Source: a virus (Duplodnaviria > Caudoviricetes). Taken from it: DNA of 49,733 nt. The translations under genes were made by a program, and so were the position numbers. The notes beneath the pieces were generated by a model, which saw nothing but the letters and a program-made list of their open reading frames with translations, ran no database searches and had not been told where the DNA came from. Below are positions 8,451-17,543 of the stretch, in pieces. The stretch spans positions 1 through 49,733 of the IMG/VR virus record IMGVR_UViG_3300011335_000110; one strand, 5' to 3'. How positions within the stretch are numbered: position 1 is the stretch's first letter; the number at the start of each line of letters is the position of its first letter.

Positions 8451-10271
8451 ATGGCAAGCACGTATACCACCAACCTAAAGCTTGAACTTATCCCCACAGG
8501 CGCACAGTCTGGCATTTGGGGTGCAACTACCAACGTCAACTTGGGAAGTTCAACTGCTACACAATCTGGTTTAGAGCAAGCCATTGTGGGTAAGGCGTCG
8601 CTAATTACCAGCGATTTTGCGGCTAACGTAGCGACATACACGCTGTCAGATAGCAACGCATATCAAGTAGCCCGTGCATTTGTTTTAGACATTACGGCTA
8701 CTTTGTCTGCTGCGGGTACAGTCAATGTGCCAGCCATTCAGAAACCATATCTTGTCTTTAATAACTCTGTTGGCGGGTTTGCTGTCACTGTTAAAGTCAG
8801 CGGTCAGACGGGCGTAAGTGTCCCTAACGGCAAAAAAGTTTGGGTATATAACACCGGCACTGACGTAGGCGTTGCGTTTGACTATGCTCCGTCTTTAGTG
8901 CTTGGCACTCCTTTGCTACCAGCCTCGGGCGGTACGGGTGTTAATAGCTTGGGCACTGGCGTAGCTACATGGCTTCAGACACCAACCAGCACAAACTTGC
9001 AAGCGGCGGTTACTGATGAGACTGGCTCTGGTACGCTGGTGTTCAGCAATTCACCAACCCTAGTTACGCCTAATCTGGGTGTGCCGTCTTTTGCTACGCT
9101 GACCAATGCTACCGGCTTGCCTCTAACTACGGGCGTGACTGGAACACTGTTAACAGATAAAGGCGGCACAGGCCAGTCTTCATACACTGCCGGTGATATG
9201 ACGTACTACGCTTCTGGTACGGCTTTGACTAAGCTGCCAATTGGGGCTAACACTTTTGTTTTAACGTCTACTGGATCAGCGCCTCAATGGGTGGCCCCAT
9301 CGACTATTCCTGTTGGCACTGCTACAAACTTGGCTGGTGGTTCTAACGGCACAGTGCCTTATCAGTCTGCACCGGGTACAACCCAGATGTTGGCGGCTGG
9401 CACAGCCGGATTTGTGTTCCAAGCAAATGGCGCTGCGGCTCCAAGCTGGGTCGCGCAATCTACGTTGTCAGTAGGCTCTGCAACAACCGCAACATCGGCT
9501 ACAACGGCAACTTCAGCAACATCTGCTACTACAGCAACTAACTTGGCTGGCGGTGCGTCTAATAGATTCCCATACCAGTCTAGCGCAGGCGCTACAACTT
9601 TCTTAGCGGCTCCTACAGTTGCAGGGACTGCCATTGTTTATGATGGCTCCAACGTTGGTTGGGCATTAGGCCCAGCCGCAGTATCTACAACAAACATTGC
9701 AGGCGGTTCTGCGGGTGTTGTTCCATTCCAATCAGGTGTTGGCGTTACAGCGTTCACCGCAGTTGGAACTGCTGGGTACAGTTTAACGAGCCAAGGTACG
9801 GGAACACCGACTTGGAGTCAGGTATCTTTGACTGCTGGTGTAACTGGAACGCTACCTATTGCAAACGGCGGCACAAATTCAACCGCTACGCCCACGGCAG
9901 GTGGTGTTGGATACGGAACTGGATCGGCTTTTGCTTTTACTACCGCAAGTACTGCGGGCTTTATTTTGACTTCAGGTGGCGCTGGTGCTCCAGCGTTTAT
10001 TCAAACTTTACCAGTCGCTAATGGTGGCACGGGTTTAAACTCAGGAACATCTGGTGGCATCCTTGCCTACACAGCGGCTGGCACATTGGCATCGTCTGGT
10101 GCATTGACTCAGTATGGTGTTGTTCTTGGTGGGGGCGCGGGTGCTGTTCCAACGTCTACTGCTGTAGGGTCTGCAACTCAGGTGCTAACTTCAAACGGCG
10201 CTGGAGTTCCACCCACGTTTCAAACGCTGGCTATTTCTGACAACTCACTTTTGTACTATTTCTTTTCGTAA
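8451..10271 (+). CDS. Tail fibre protein
   Basis: MASTY..WGATTNVN anchor-like N-terminus; Gly/Thr/Ala-rich with repeated LPxANGGT and TNLAGG..PYQS units. Confidence 0.75.
   Translation: MASTYTTNLKLELIPTGAQSGIWGATTNVNLGSSTATQSGLEQAIVGKASLITSDFAANVATYTLSDSNAYQVARAFVLDITATLSAAGTVNVPAIQKPYLVFNNSVGGFAVTVKVSGQTGVSVPNGKKVWVYNTGTDVGVAFDYAPSLVLGTPLLPASGGTGVNSLGTGVATWLQTPTSTNLQAAVTDETGSGTLVFSNSPTLVTPNLGVPSFATLTNATGLPLTTGVTGTLLTDKGGTGQSSYTAGDMTYYASGTALTKLPIGANTFVLTSTGSAPQWVAPSTIPVGTATNLAGGSNGTVPYQSAPGTTQMLAAGTAGFVFQANGAAAPSWVAQSTLSVGSATTATSATTATSATSATTATNLAGGASNRFPYQSSAGATTFLAAPTVAGTAIVYDGSNVGWALGPAAVSTTNIAGGSAGVVPFQSGVGVTAFTAVGTAGYSLTSQGTGTPTWSQVSLTAGVTGTLPIANGGTNSTATPTAGGVGYGTGSAFAFTTASTAGFILTSGGAGAPAFIQTLPVANGGTGLNSGTSGGILAYTAAGTLASSGALTQYGVVLGGGAGAVPTSTAVGSATQVLTSNGAGVPPTFQTLAISDNSLLYYFFS
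9480..9554 (+). repeat. Coding tandem repeat (AT[T/S])n in the tail fibre
   Basis: ATTATSATTATSATSATTATNLAGG. Confidence 0.7.
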
Positions 10272-10280
10272 GAGGACATC

Positions 10281-12617
10281 ATGCCAACTACCCCAATTTC
10301 AGTCAGCACTGGTATTCAAACCGTAACTAACACAACTATTTATACAGTTCCTGTTGGTAGAACAGCGATTGTTAAAGCTATTTCTGGTCAGAATGTAACT
10401 TCTGGTTCTGTTTCCCTTACTGTTTCTAAACAAATCAGTGGGCAAAATTACGTTGTAGTAAATAATCAAGCGAGCAATAGAACCCCAGCTACTGGTGGAA
10501 CAGAAACCTTTAATAACAACGTATTGCAAGCACCACTAACATTAGGCGCTACCGAACAATTAAAAGTTTATACGGCTTCAGGAAGCGCTTATGCGTTACC
10601 AAGTGTGAGCACGGCAGGAACTACGGCTGCTGACGGGTCAAATTACACAGTCTCAGCTACTCTGTTTGCAAACGGTATTTACATGGCAGTTGGTAATTGT
10701 ACCTCTGGTGCTTATGTAGCAACGAGCACCGATGCAATTACATGGACACAACAAATAGGGGCAATACCATTTGGCTCAAGTTGGAATATGCTTTGTTGCA
10801 ATGGTTCTGTTTGGGTTGCGGCTAATACAAACAATACTCTAGGAACTGTTTACTACAGTTCAGACAACGGTGTTACTTGGGGTGCGGCAGTTGTTGTATC
10901 TGGTTCTAATAATTGCCAACAAATTGTAAGTAACGGTTCACTTTTCTTTATGAATTTCAACAATGGAAAAGTTTACTCCTCATCCAACGGAAGCACTTGG
11001 ACAGAATCAACGGCTTACTGGACAGCAGTCGCAAGTACAGCGGTAGCTATTTACAATGTTGGATGGACTGGTTCGCACTGGATAGTTAATAACCAATGGG
11101 GAACATTAGCAAGTGCAGACCTTACAACTTGGTTTAGTTATGCAGGAGCACATTTAGGTAGAAATCAAGCCAATTTTTATTCCACCGAATATTCATCAGC
11201 GTATGGTAAATATTACACAAGTAAAAATGAAGCAAGCGTCCCTAGTATATTTTCATCCACCAACGGACTGTTGTGGGAAGTTCTATTATCAGGTTCTGCG
11301 TTCGCCCCTTTCAAAGTTAACTGCGCTGGTGCAAACACTGTACTTATAGCTGTTCCATCATCTGGCACTACAGCTGTCTTTAAGTCTACAGACGGTTCTA
11401 CGTGGGCATCAGCTACTGTGCAAGGCAGTTATGCTGGCCCAATGTGGGGATTGGAGAACGGATATTATTTGACCATGCTTAACCAAGGCACAAATGATGC
11501 TTGTATGTTAAGCACAGACCCTACAGTATCAACAGGGACTACCCGTGGTAGTACTAGAACTTTTACTTGTAGAAATGCCGCCGCAGACCCTTCCTCTGGT
11601 AAATGGGTTGGTGTTGGCGATGACGGTACTGATGTTTTTATTATGGGCGGTACTAGTGGGACAAACATTGGTACTACTTATAACCCAACACTTACCGTTG
11701 GGGCGGCTGGAACTCCGATTTCTGTGTGCTGGTCTGCCGTAGATGGTTATTTTTATATGATAGGTAGCACTGGGAAAATTTACAGATCAACAGCCTATAA
11801 CTCAACGTGGACGTTAGTAGCCTCTTCAATTGGCGGTTCAAGCAGTACTCAATCCATAAAAGCCGTTGGTACGACTTTGTATGTTGTATCTTCTGCCAAC
11901 GCAAATACAGTCTGGATTTCATCAACCCTTACAGGCGGCGCTAATTGGACGCAATTTAACTATGCGTCTCCTAATGGGTACGCATACCAAGGAATGGGAA
12001 CTGTTGGAGGTGGTGGATATTACGCTGGTGAGGCACTTGGTACAGACGGTACAAATTTAGTTTGGAATAACACTTCTGGACATGGATTTGCTTTAACACC
12101 GTCTGTTAGTACTTCTGCTATGCGTATGCCCATTCCAAGAGGCGTTGGAACGGCTCAAACAGTCAATGGTAATACATTTTTGTATGGTGCGTACAACGCC
12201 GTCTACGGCTATGTCATCGGATATTTTACATCTACCAATGTAATAACTACATACGGGTCTTTTATTTCTTACGCTAACACTAATTATTATTGGATGGATG
12301 TAGGTGGTGTTCCAAACAAAGTTAACTATGTTGGTGGCACTTACTATGTAACTTCTACAGGCGTAAACGGTCAAATTTGGAATTCAACAACAGCTACAGG
12401 TTTATTTGATAACACCACACCGGCAAAATATGCAGGTCTTGGCTCTTCGTTTGCTGGAACCCTTGCGGTGAACCCCTCTAATGGTTGGATGATAGACGGA
12501 ACTAATTTAGTAGGCTCTCAAGTTGGTAATAATCTTGCTGGCGTCTGTAAAACAACTACACCAAGTAATTTCTTGTACGCCGCAACGGTGACCGCATCCA
12601 TTGTTGAAATTTCTTAA
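10281..12617 (+). CDS. Putative receptor-binding protein with Asp-box/BNR beta-propeller repeats
   Basis: GAGG RBS; repeated S-x-[DN]-G-x-T-W motifs (STDAITW, SSDNGVTW, SSNGSTW, STNGLLW, STDGSTW). Confidence 0.7.
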   Translation: MPTTPISVSTGIQTVTNTTIYTVPVGRTAIVKAISGQNVTSGSVSLTVSKQISGQNYVVVNNQASNRTPATGGTETFNNNVLQAPLTLGATEQLKVYTASGSAYALPSVSTAGTTAADGSNYTVSATLFANGIYMAVGNCTSGAYVATSTDAITWTQQIGAIPFGSSWNMLCCNGSVWVAANTNNTLGTVYYSSDNGVTWGAAVVVSGSNNCQQIVSNGSLFFMNFNNGKVYSSSNGSTWTESTAYWTAVASTAVAIYNVGWTGSHWIVNNQWGTLASADLTTWFSYAGAHLGRNQANFYSTEYSSAYGKYYTSKNEASVPSIFSSTNGLLWEVLLSGSAFAPFKVNCAGANTVLIAVPSSGTTAVFKSTDGSTWASATVQGSYAGPMWGLENGYYLTMLNQGTNDACMLSTDPTVSTGTTRGSTRTFTCRNAAADPSSGKWVGVGDDGTDVFIMGGTSGTNIGTTYNPTLTVGAAGTPISVCWSAVDGYFYMIGSTGKIYRSTAYNSTWTLVASSIGGSSSTQSIKAVGTTLYVVSSANANTVWISSTLTGGANWTQFNYASPNGYAYQGMGTVGGGGYYAGEALGTDGTNLVWNNTSGHGFALTPSVSTSAMRMPIPRGVGTAQTVNGNTFLYGAYNAVYGYVIGYFTSTNVITTYGSFISYANTNYYWMDVGGVPNKVNYVGGTYYVTSTGVNGQIWNSTTATGLFDNTTPAKYAGLGSSFAGTLAVNPSNGWMIDGTNLVGSQVGNNLAGVCKTTTPSNFLYAATVTASIVEIS

Positions 12618-12624
12618 AGGATAA

Positions 12625-12846
12625 ATGATGACTACAGAAATCAATACAGGCGGCCCAGCCAACCCAGTGGGTCAAGAAGTTGGTATCTCAGTTCGAGATT
12701 ACTTTGCCACAGCAATCATGACGGGTGTGTACTCGTCAGGTGCGCAAGCAACGATCACCGCTGAAGACGCATACAGAGCCGCTGACTTGATGTTGACCGC
12801 TCGTACTGCTGATCTATACCCAACACCAACAGAGCCGACAGCATGA
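12625..12846 (+). CDS. Small RDYFA-family phage protein
   Basis: AAGGA RBS; GGPANP..GISVRDYFATAIM..AYRAADLMLTAR. Confidence 0.7.
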   Translation: MMTTEINTGGPANPVGQEVGISVRDYFATAIMTGVYSSGAQATITAEDAYRAADLMLTARTADLYPTPTEPTA

Positions 12847-12992
12847 AGATTGCAATTCCAGTTGAACTGTTAAATCAAGTCTTGAATTACCTTGGCACGC
12901 GCCCCTACCAAGAGGTGTATGCGTTGATCCAAGCAATTCAAGAAGCCGCTAAGCCTCCTGCGGCAATTGAAGCAGACTTTACTGCGGACTAA
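12843..12992 (+). CDS. 49-aa hypothetical protein (not in ORF track)
   Basis: ATGA overlap; MKIAIPVELLNQVLNYLGTRPYQEVYALIQAIQEAAKPPAAIEADFTAD. Confidence 0.65.
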   Translation: MKIAIPVELLNQVLNYLGTRPYQEVYALIQAIQEAAKPPAAIEADFTAD

Positions 12993-12993
12993 T

Positions 12994-13086
12994 ATGTGGG
13001 ACTGGGCTGAAGCATTCATTGCGGCGGCCTGTATAGTGGCCTTCGTCATCTATGGCACGTACATAATTGCATGGAGTATGGTGTGA
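12994..13086 (+). CDS. 30-aa single-TM microprotein (not in ORF track)
   Basis: MWDWAEAFIAAACIVAFVIYGTYIIAWSMV; fits the gap between neighbours. Confidence 0.5.
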   Translation: MWDWAEAFIAAACIVAFVIYGTYIIAWSMV

Positions 13087-13089
13087 TAA

Positions 13090-13377
13090 ATGCGTTGGCT
13101 CATACTGTTACTACTGTTGGGGCTAGTTGGAGCCGTAGCCAAGAATGGCTGCCATGTGCGCGAGTTCTGGTCGATTGCTTGGACAATACACAACCCGTCC
13201 GAGCGCCATCAGCAGATGTCTATGTGGCTGACAAACAATGCAAAGTTTTGCCGAAGCCAAGATTATGTGGCGATATGGAACAACTTGTCAGAGTGGGCTG
13301 GCGCGGCGGATTCGGCAGAACTCAGAACTAAAGTCATTCATGGATACAAAGATGCACTTGAGCGAGAGAAGAAATGA
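13090..13377 (+). CDS. Small exported protein with signal peptide
   Basis: MRWLILLLLLGLVGA N-terminus; two Cys. Confidence 0.6.
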   Translation: MRWLILLLLLGLVGAVAKNGCHVREFWSIAWTIHNPSERHQQMSMWLTNNAKFCRSQDYVAIWNNLSEWAGAADSAELRTKVIHGYKDALEREKK

Positions 13378-13613
13378 AGATCAGCTACGACAAGTGGTAT
13401 CCGATTGTCCAGCCTCAAACCAGCGTGCAGACAGAAGCGTTTGCCAAACGGGTAGAGAAGCTAGATGCAGAACGTGCGGTGCAGGTACAGATTGACCAGC
13501 AGGTGAAGAAGTTTCACCAGTACGAGTATGAGATTTATGAATACAGGATGCGGCAGATTACGATAAACATTGACATCACGAACCTTAAACGCGAGATTGA
13601 CAAACTTGTATGA
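13374..13613 (+). CDS. Hypothetical protein
   Basis: ATGA overlaps on both sides. Confidence 0.55.
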   Translation: MKISYDKWYPIVQPQTSVQTEAFAKRVEKLDAERAVQVQIDQQVKKFHQYEYEIYEYRMRQITINIDITNLKREIDKLV

Positions 13614-13894
13614 CCAGAAAACCACCACCCAGACCGGTCAGGAAACCTGCTCCGGACACCAAGGACAAGCTGACGCTGTGGGTGACCCTCATGGTAAGCA
13701 CGACCCTGTGCATCTCTGTATTGGCAATGGTGGTCAGCTTCATGTTAGGTTTGTGGGCAAAGGAAGTGGACAACGCAGAAATCTTCAAGATGATTTCACC
13801 CGCTTTTTCTACTCTTATCGGCGGCATGATTGGGTTCCTGTCTGGTATCAAACTCATGCAGAATGAAGACAAATCAAAATCTTGTAAGGACTAA
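13610..13894 (+). CDS. Two-TM membrane protein (holin/antiholin-like)
   Basis: Two hydrophobic segments; upstream of the endolysin. Confidence 0.6.
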   Translation: MTRKPPPRPVRKPAPDTKDKLTLWVTLMVSTTLCISVLAMVVSFMLGLWAKEVDNAEIFKMISPAFSTLIGGMIGFLSGIKLMQNEDKSKSCKD

Positions 13895-13896
13895 TT

Positions 13897-14388
13897 ATGT
13901 TTGAAGTATTTGGTGGCATATTGGGCGGAGCGCTAGGCGGTATTTTTCGCTTGGCTCCAGAGGTTCTCAAGTTCTTTGACAAGAAGAACGAACGATCACA
14001 CGAGATGCTTATGTTTGCCCGTCAGTGTGAACTGGAGCAAATCAGAGGTCAGATGAAGCTGGCTGAGATTGGGGCGCAACGGGAAGCTGCTGTTGACGTA
14101 GGTGTAATGGATGCCTTTAACTCGGCTATAGAACAACAAGCAACAATGGTCAAAGCCGCAGGTGGTTGGGCGGCTAGTTTGTCTGCATCTGTTCGTCCTG
14201 TCGTTACGTACTGGATTCTTTTGGTCTGGTCTTTTGTGCATCTGTGGTTTGGCTGGAACTCATGGCTTGCAGGCGCTGCCCCTATGGAAGTCTTTAAGAT
14301 GATGATGTCGCCTGACTTCTCGGCACTCTTGGCTGGAACAATTAACTATTGGTTCCTCGATAGAACTCTGAAGCAGCGCGGGCTATGA
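13897..14388 (+). CDS. Putative holin (3TM-type)
   Basis: SVRPVVTY motif, TM segments and a YWFLDR end; abuts the lysozyme gene. Confidence 0.6.
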   Translation: MFEVFGGILGGALGGIFRLAPEVLKFFDKKNERSHEMLMFARQCELEQIRGQMKLAEIGAQREAAVDVGVMDAFNSAIEQQATMVKAAGGWAASLSASVRPVVTYWILLVWSFVHLWFGWNSWLAGAAPMEVFKMMMSPDFSALLAGTINYWFLDRTLKQRGL

Positions 14389-14828
14389 ACTTAGAACTAG
14401 CCGCAGAGATGTGCAGACGGTTTGAGGGCTTTCGCTCAAAGCCGTATCTTTGCCCTGCCAACGTAGCCACAATTGGCTATGGATCAACTTACTATGCAGA
14501 CAAACGCAAGGTAACTTTGGAAGACGCGCCGATGGATGAACCCACGGCACGGGCGCTTTTGATGATTGAGCTTGAGCATACGTACCTACCGGGAGTTCTG
14601 CGTAACTGCCCCGTCCTTATTACTGATGTTCGCAGGTGTAACGCCATCGTGGACTTTGCCTACAACTTGGGCACTGGACGCTTGCAAACATCTACGTTAA
14701 AGAGGAAAATCAATGCCAATGATTGGGAAGGCGCAAAAGAACAACTGATGCTCTGGACTAAAGGTGGCGGCAAGGTTTTGCCGGGCTTGTTAAAACGCCG
14801 CACTGCTGAGTGCGCCCTACTGGATTGA
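14385..14828 (+). CDS. Endolysin, GH24 phage lysozyme
   Basis: FEG..PYLCPANVATIGYG catalytic region (E-x8-C-x5-T), FAYNLG, GLLKRRTAE. Confidence 0.9.
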   Translation: MNLELAAEMCRRFEGFRSKPYLCPANVATIGYGSTYYADKRKVTLEDAPMDEPTARALLMIELEHTYLPGVLRNCPVLITDVRRCNAIVDFAYNLGTGRLQTSTLKRKINANDWEGAKEQLMLWTKGGGKVLPGLLKRRTAECALLD

Positions 14829-14831
14829 CCG

Positions 14832-17246
14832 ATGCCATTACAAAAAATACTGTTCAAGCCGGGGGTCAACCGGGAGAATACTCGATACACCACCGAGGGT
14901 GGTTGGTATGAAACTGACAAAGTTCGGTTTCGTCAAGGCACGCCAGAGAAAATTGGTGGCTGGACACAGTACTCTCCGTTTACTTTTCTCGGTGTGTGCC
15001 GCTCGTTGTGGAATTGGGTAACGCTGGCCGGACAGAATTTGATTGGTGTTGGTACTAGTCTTAAGTTCTACATCAATCAAGGTGGCGCGTACTACGACAT
15101 CACCCCCATCCGTAAAATTGTTAACCCCATGCTGGGACTATCTGGCACAGGGAACCCTTTTACTGCGGTAAACGGCTCATACACAATCACTGTGTATGAC
15201 GCTAATCATGGTTGTAATAGTGACGACTTTGTCATTTTTAGTGGTGCTACTGGATTAGGCACAAGCATTACTGCGGCTGTACTTAACAACGTACTTGGCT
15301 ATCGCGTTACCAAAATAGATGCCAACATATACACAATTACAGTAGCTGTGCTGGCTAATGCTACTGACGCGGCGGCTTCTCCCGGCGGTGGGGCCAACTG
15401 TGTTGCGACATACGAAATTAACGTAGGTACAGAAGTTCAGACCCCGTTTACTGGATGGGGCGGTGGTGGCTGGGGGCTTGGTGGCTGGGGAACTAACGCG
15501 GTTGTTGGCTCACCACTACAGCTTTGGACGCAAAGCAACTTTGGTGAAGACTTAATTTTTGGCCCAAGTGGGGGCGCTATCTATTACTGGAACGCCAATG
15601 TTCAGTTGCCCGGACAAGAGTTTACTGTCTCAATCGCGTCTCCCGCAGTGCTTACTTTTGCCGAAGCGCATGGGCTGCTTCCTACCGACGCTATTCAACT
15701 GAACACAACGGGCGCTTTACCTACGGGCTTATCCCCAAACATTACATACTACGTAGCTACAGTGCCATCAGCAACGACGCTGACTTTGAGTGCAGTAACA
15801 CCGAGTATCAGTTCATTAAGTGGTGTAGCTATTACGGGTACAGCAGGTCAATTCTCTTGTACGGCGGCAACTTCAACCTTGGTGGTTGGCCAGACCGTTG
15901 TAATTAGCGGTTTGTACGGTGGCACAGGATCAATCACAGGCTACTCTAGTCCAACAACGTACTACATCACGGTTACAAACGGAACTACCACGTTTACTCT
16001 GTCTACTACTCCCGGGGGCTCTGGCGTAGTAACCACTGCTGGAACTCCTACTGGTTTAACGTACACACAATATCTAACGATCAATACATCAGGCACTCAG
16101 TCTGGCGTTCAATCTTTGTCCATTAGGGGTATACCCTTAGCATCTTTATATGACGCATCGGACGTACCCACCGTACAAAATCTGATATTCGTGTCCGATG
16201 CTAGCCGCTTTGTGTTTGCGTTTGGTTGTAACGATCTTGGCGGCACGATACAAGACCCAATGCTAGTTCGCTGGTCTGACCAAGAAAACCCCACAATGTG
16301 GACGCCATCAATTACGAACCAAGCAGGCAGTGTTCGTTTTTCTCACGGCTCAAAGATTGTCTCAGCAATCCAAACCCGCCAAGAGATTGTGGTGTTCACA
16401 GATGCGTCTGTGTATTCGCTTCAGTACTTGGGCGCTCCGTACGTTTGGGGCTCTCAACTCTTGGGCGACAACATTTCTATCATGGGCCCAAATTCTGTGG
16501 CGCTTGCTTCTGGCGTGGTGTACTGGATGGGCGTTGACAAGTTCTATTCCTACGATGGTCGTGTAGAGACGCTTAACTGCGATCTGCGAAAGTACATTTT
16601 CCAAGACATTAACTTGAACCAGAACTACCAAATATTTGGCAGTACCAATGAAGGTTTCAACGAAGTATGGTGGTTCTATTGCTCTAGTGGCAGCACTGTT
16701 ATTGACAAATACGTTGTGTATAACTATCAAGAAAAAATCTGGTATTACGGAACTATGGGCCGCACAGCATGGCTTGATTCCGGTTTGCAAGACTCTCCTA
16801 TTGCTTCAACGTATGGCACTAATGGCGAAGGCAAGATTGTCAACCACGAACAAGGTGTTGACAATGCGGAGAATACTGAAGCGCTACCAATTGATGCTTA
16901 TATTAGTTCGTCTGAGTTTGACATCGGGGACGGGCACAACTTTGGTTTTATTTGGCGTATGCTCCCCGACTTAAGTTTTACAGGGTCAGATTCAACCACC
17001 ACACCGCAGTTGACGCTAACGGTGTACCCCATGCAGAACTCAGGTTCCGGAACAGGCACGCCTGTGGCGGCTAATGTGGACAAACTTACCGGCGTTCAGT
17101 ACCTAATTACTGAGGGCTTTACAGGGCAAGTCAACACGCGCATACGTGGTCGTCAGTTGATTATTAAAGCGTCGTCGAACACTCTTGGCACTGCATGGCA
17201 GCTTGGCGCAACCCGTATTGACATTAGACCGGACGGCAGGCGCTAA
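14832..17246 (+). CDS. Tail nozzle/stabilisation protein (P22 gp10-like) with inserted beta modules
   Basis: KPGVNRE..VRFRQG.PEKIGGW N-terminus, VRWSDQE, and a C-terminal RIDIRPDGRR. Confidence 0.65.
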   Translation: MPLQKILFKPGVNRENTRYTTEGGWYETDKVRFRQGTPEKIGGWTQYSPFTFLGVCRSLWNWVTLAGQNLIGVGTSLKFYINQGGAYYDITPIRKIVNPMLGLSGTGNPFTAVNGSYTITVYDANHGCNSDDFVIFSGATGLGTSITAAVLNNVLGYRVTKIDANIYTITVAVLANATDAAASPGGGANCVATYEINVGTEVQTPFTGWGGGGWGLGGWGTNAVVGSPLQLWTQSNFGEDLIFGPSGGAIYYWNANVQLPGQEFTVSIASPAVLTFAEAHGLLPTDAIQLNTTGALPTGLSPNITYYVATVPSATTLTLSAVTPSISSLSGVAITGTAGQFSCTAATSTLVVGQTVVISGLYGGTGSITGYSSPTTYYITVTNGTTTFTLSTTPGGSGVVTTAGTPTGLTYTQYLTINTSGTQSGVQSLSIRGIPLASLYDASDVPTVQNLIFVSDASRFVFAFGCNDLGGTIQDPMLVRWSDQENPTMWTPSITNQAGSVRFSHGSKIVSAIQTRQEIVVFTDASVYSLQYLGAPYVWGSQLLGDNISIMGPNSVALASGVVYWMGVDKFYSYDGRVETLNCDLRKYIFQDINLNQNYQIFGSTNEGFNEVWWFYCSSGSTVIDKYVVYNYQEKIWYYGTMGRTAWLDSGLQDSPIASTYGTNGEGKIVNHEQGVDNAENTEALPIDAYISSSEFDIGDGHNFGFIWRMLPDLSFTGSDSTTTPQLTLTVYPMQNSGSGTGTPVAANVDKLTGVQYLITEGFTGQVNTRIRGRQLIIKASSNTLGTAWQLGATRIDIRPDGRR

Positions 17247-17509
17247 TGGCTGAACTAAACGCAACCCCACCAAACTTGCCGCTGGCTCCAACGGAGTACC
17301 AGCGCCAGTATCAAGAGCAACTGAACAACATTTTGCGTCTGTTTTTTCGCCAGATTTCTAACCCCGGCGACATGGGCGGTGCATCGCTACATTTAGACAT
17401 TGCAACCCTACCAACAAGCGCTGACTTTAATACTCTTAGATCCGGGGATGTGTACCGCGACATATCGGGCGGAGTTTCAACAAGTTACCCCCTAAGAATT
17501 AAAGCATGA
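17246..17509 (+). CDS. Small tail-associated protein
   Basis: PNLPLAPTEY..LRLFF; TAATG overlap. Confidence 0.6.
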   Translation: MAELNATPPNLPLAPTEYQRQYQEQLNNILRLFFRQISNPGDMGGASLHLDIATLPTSADFNTLRSGDVYRDISGGVSTSYPLRIKA

Positions 17510-17543
17510 TATTATCGACCAACCCCCATTTTGAGAGGCAAAA

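Noticed and set aside
8451-10271. LAGG/NGG motifs in the tail fibre as further xxGG signals
   Set aside because: They belong to the fibre's own structural repeats (TNLAGG, LPxANGGT) in a Gly-rich background, so they were not counted.
17507-17515. Extended -10-like TGATATTAT before the ejection genes
   Set aside because: No convincing -35 element and too short to support alone.
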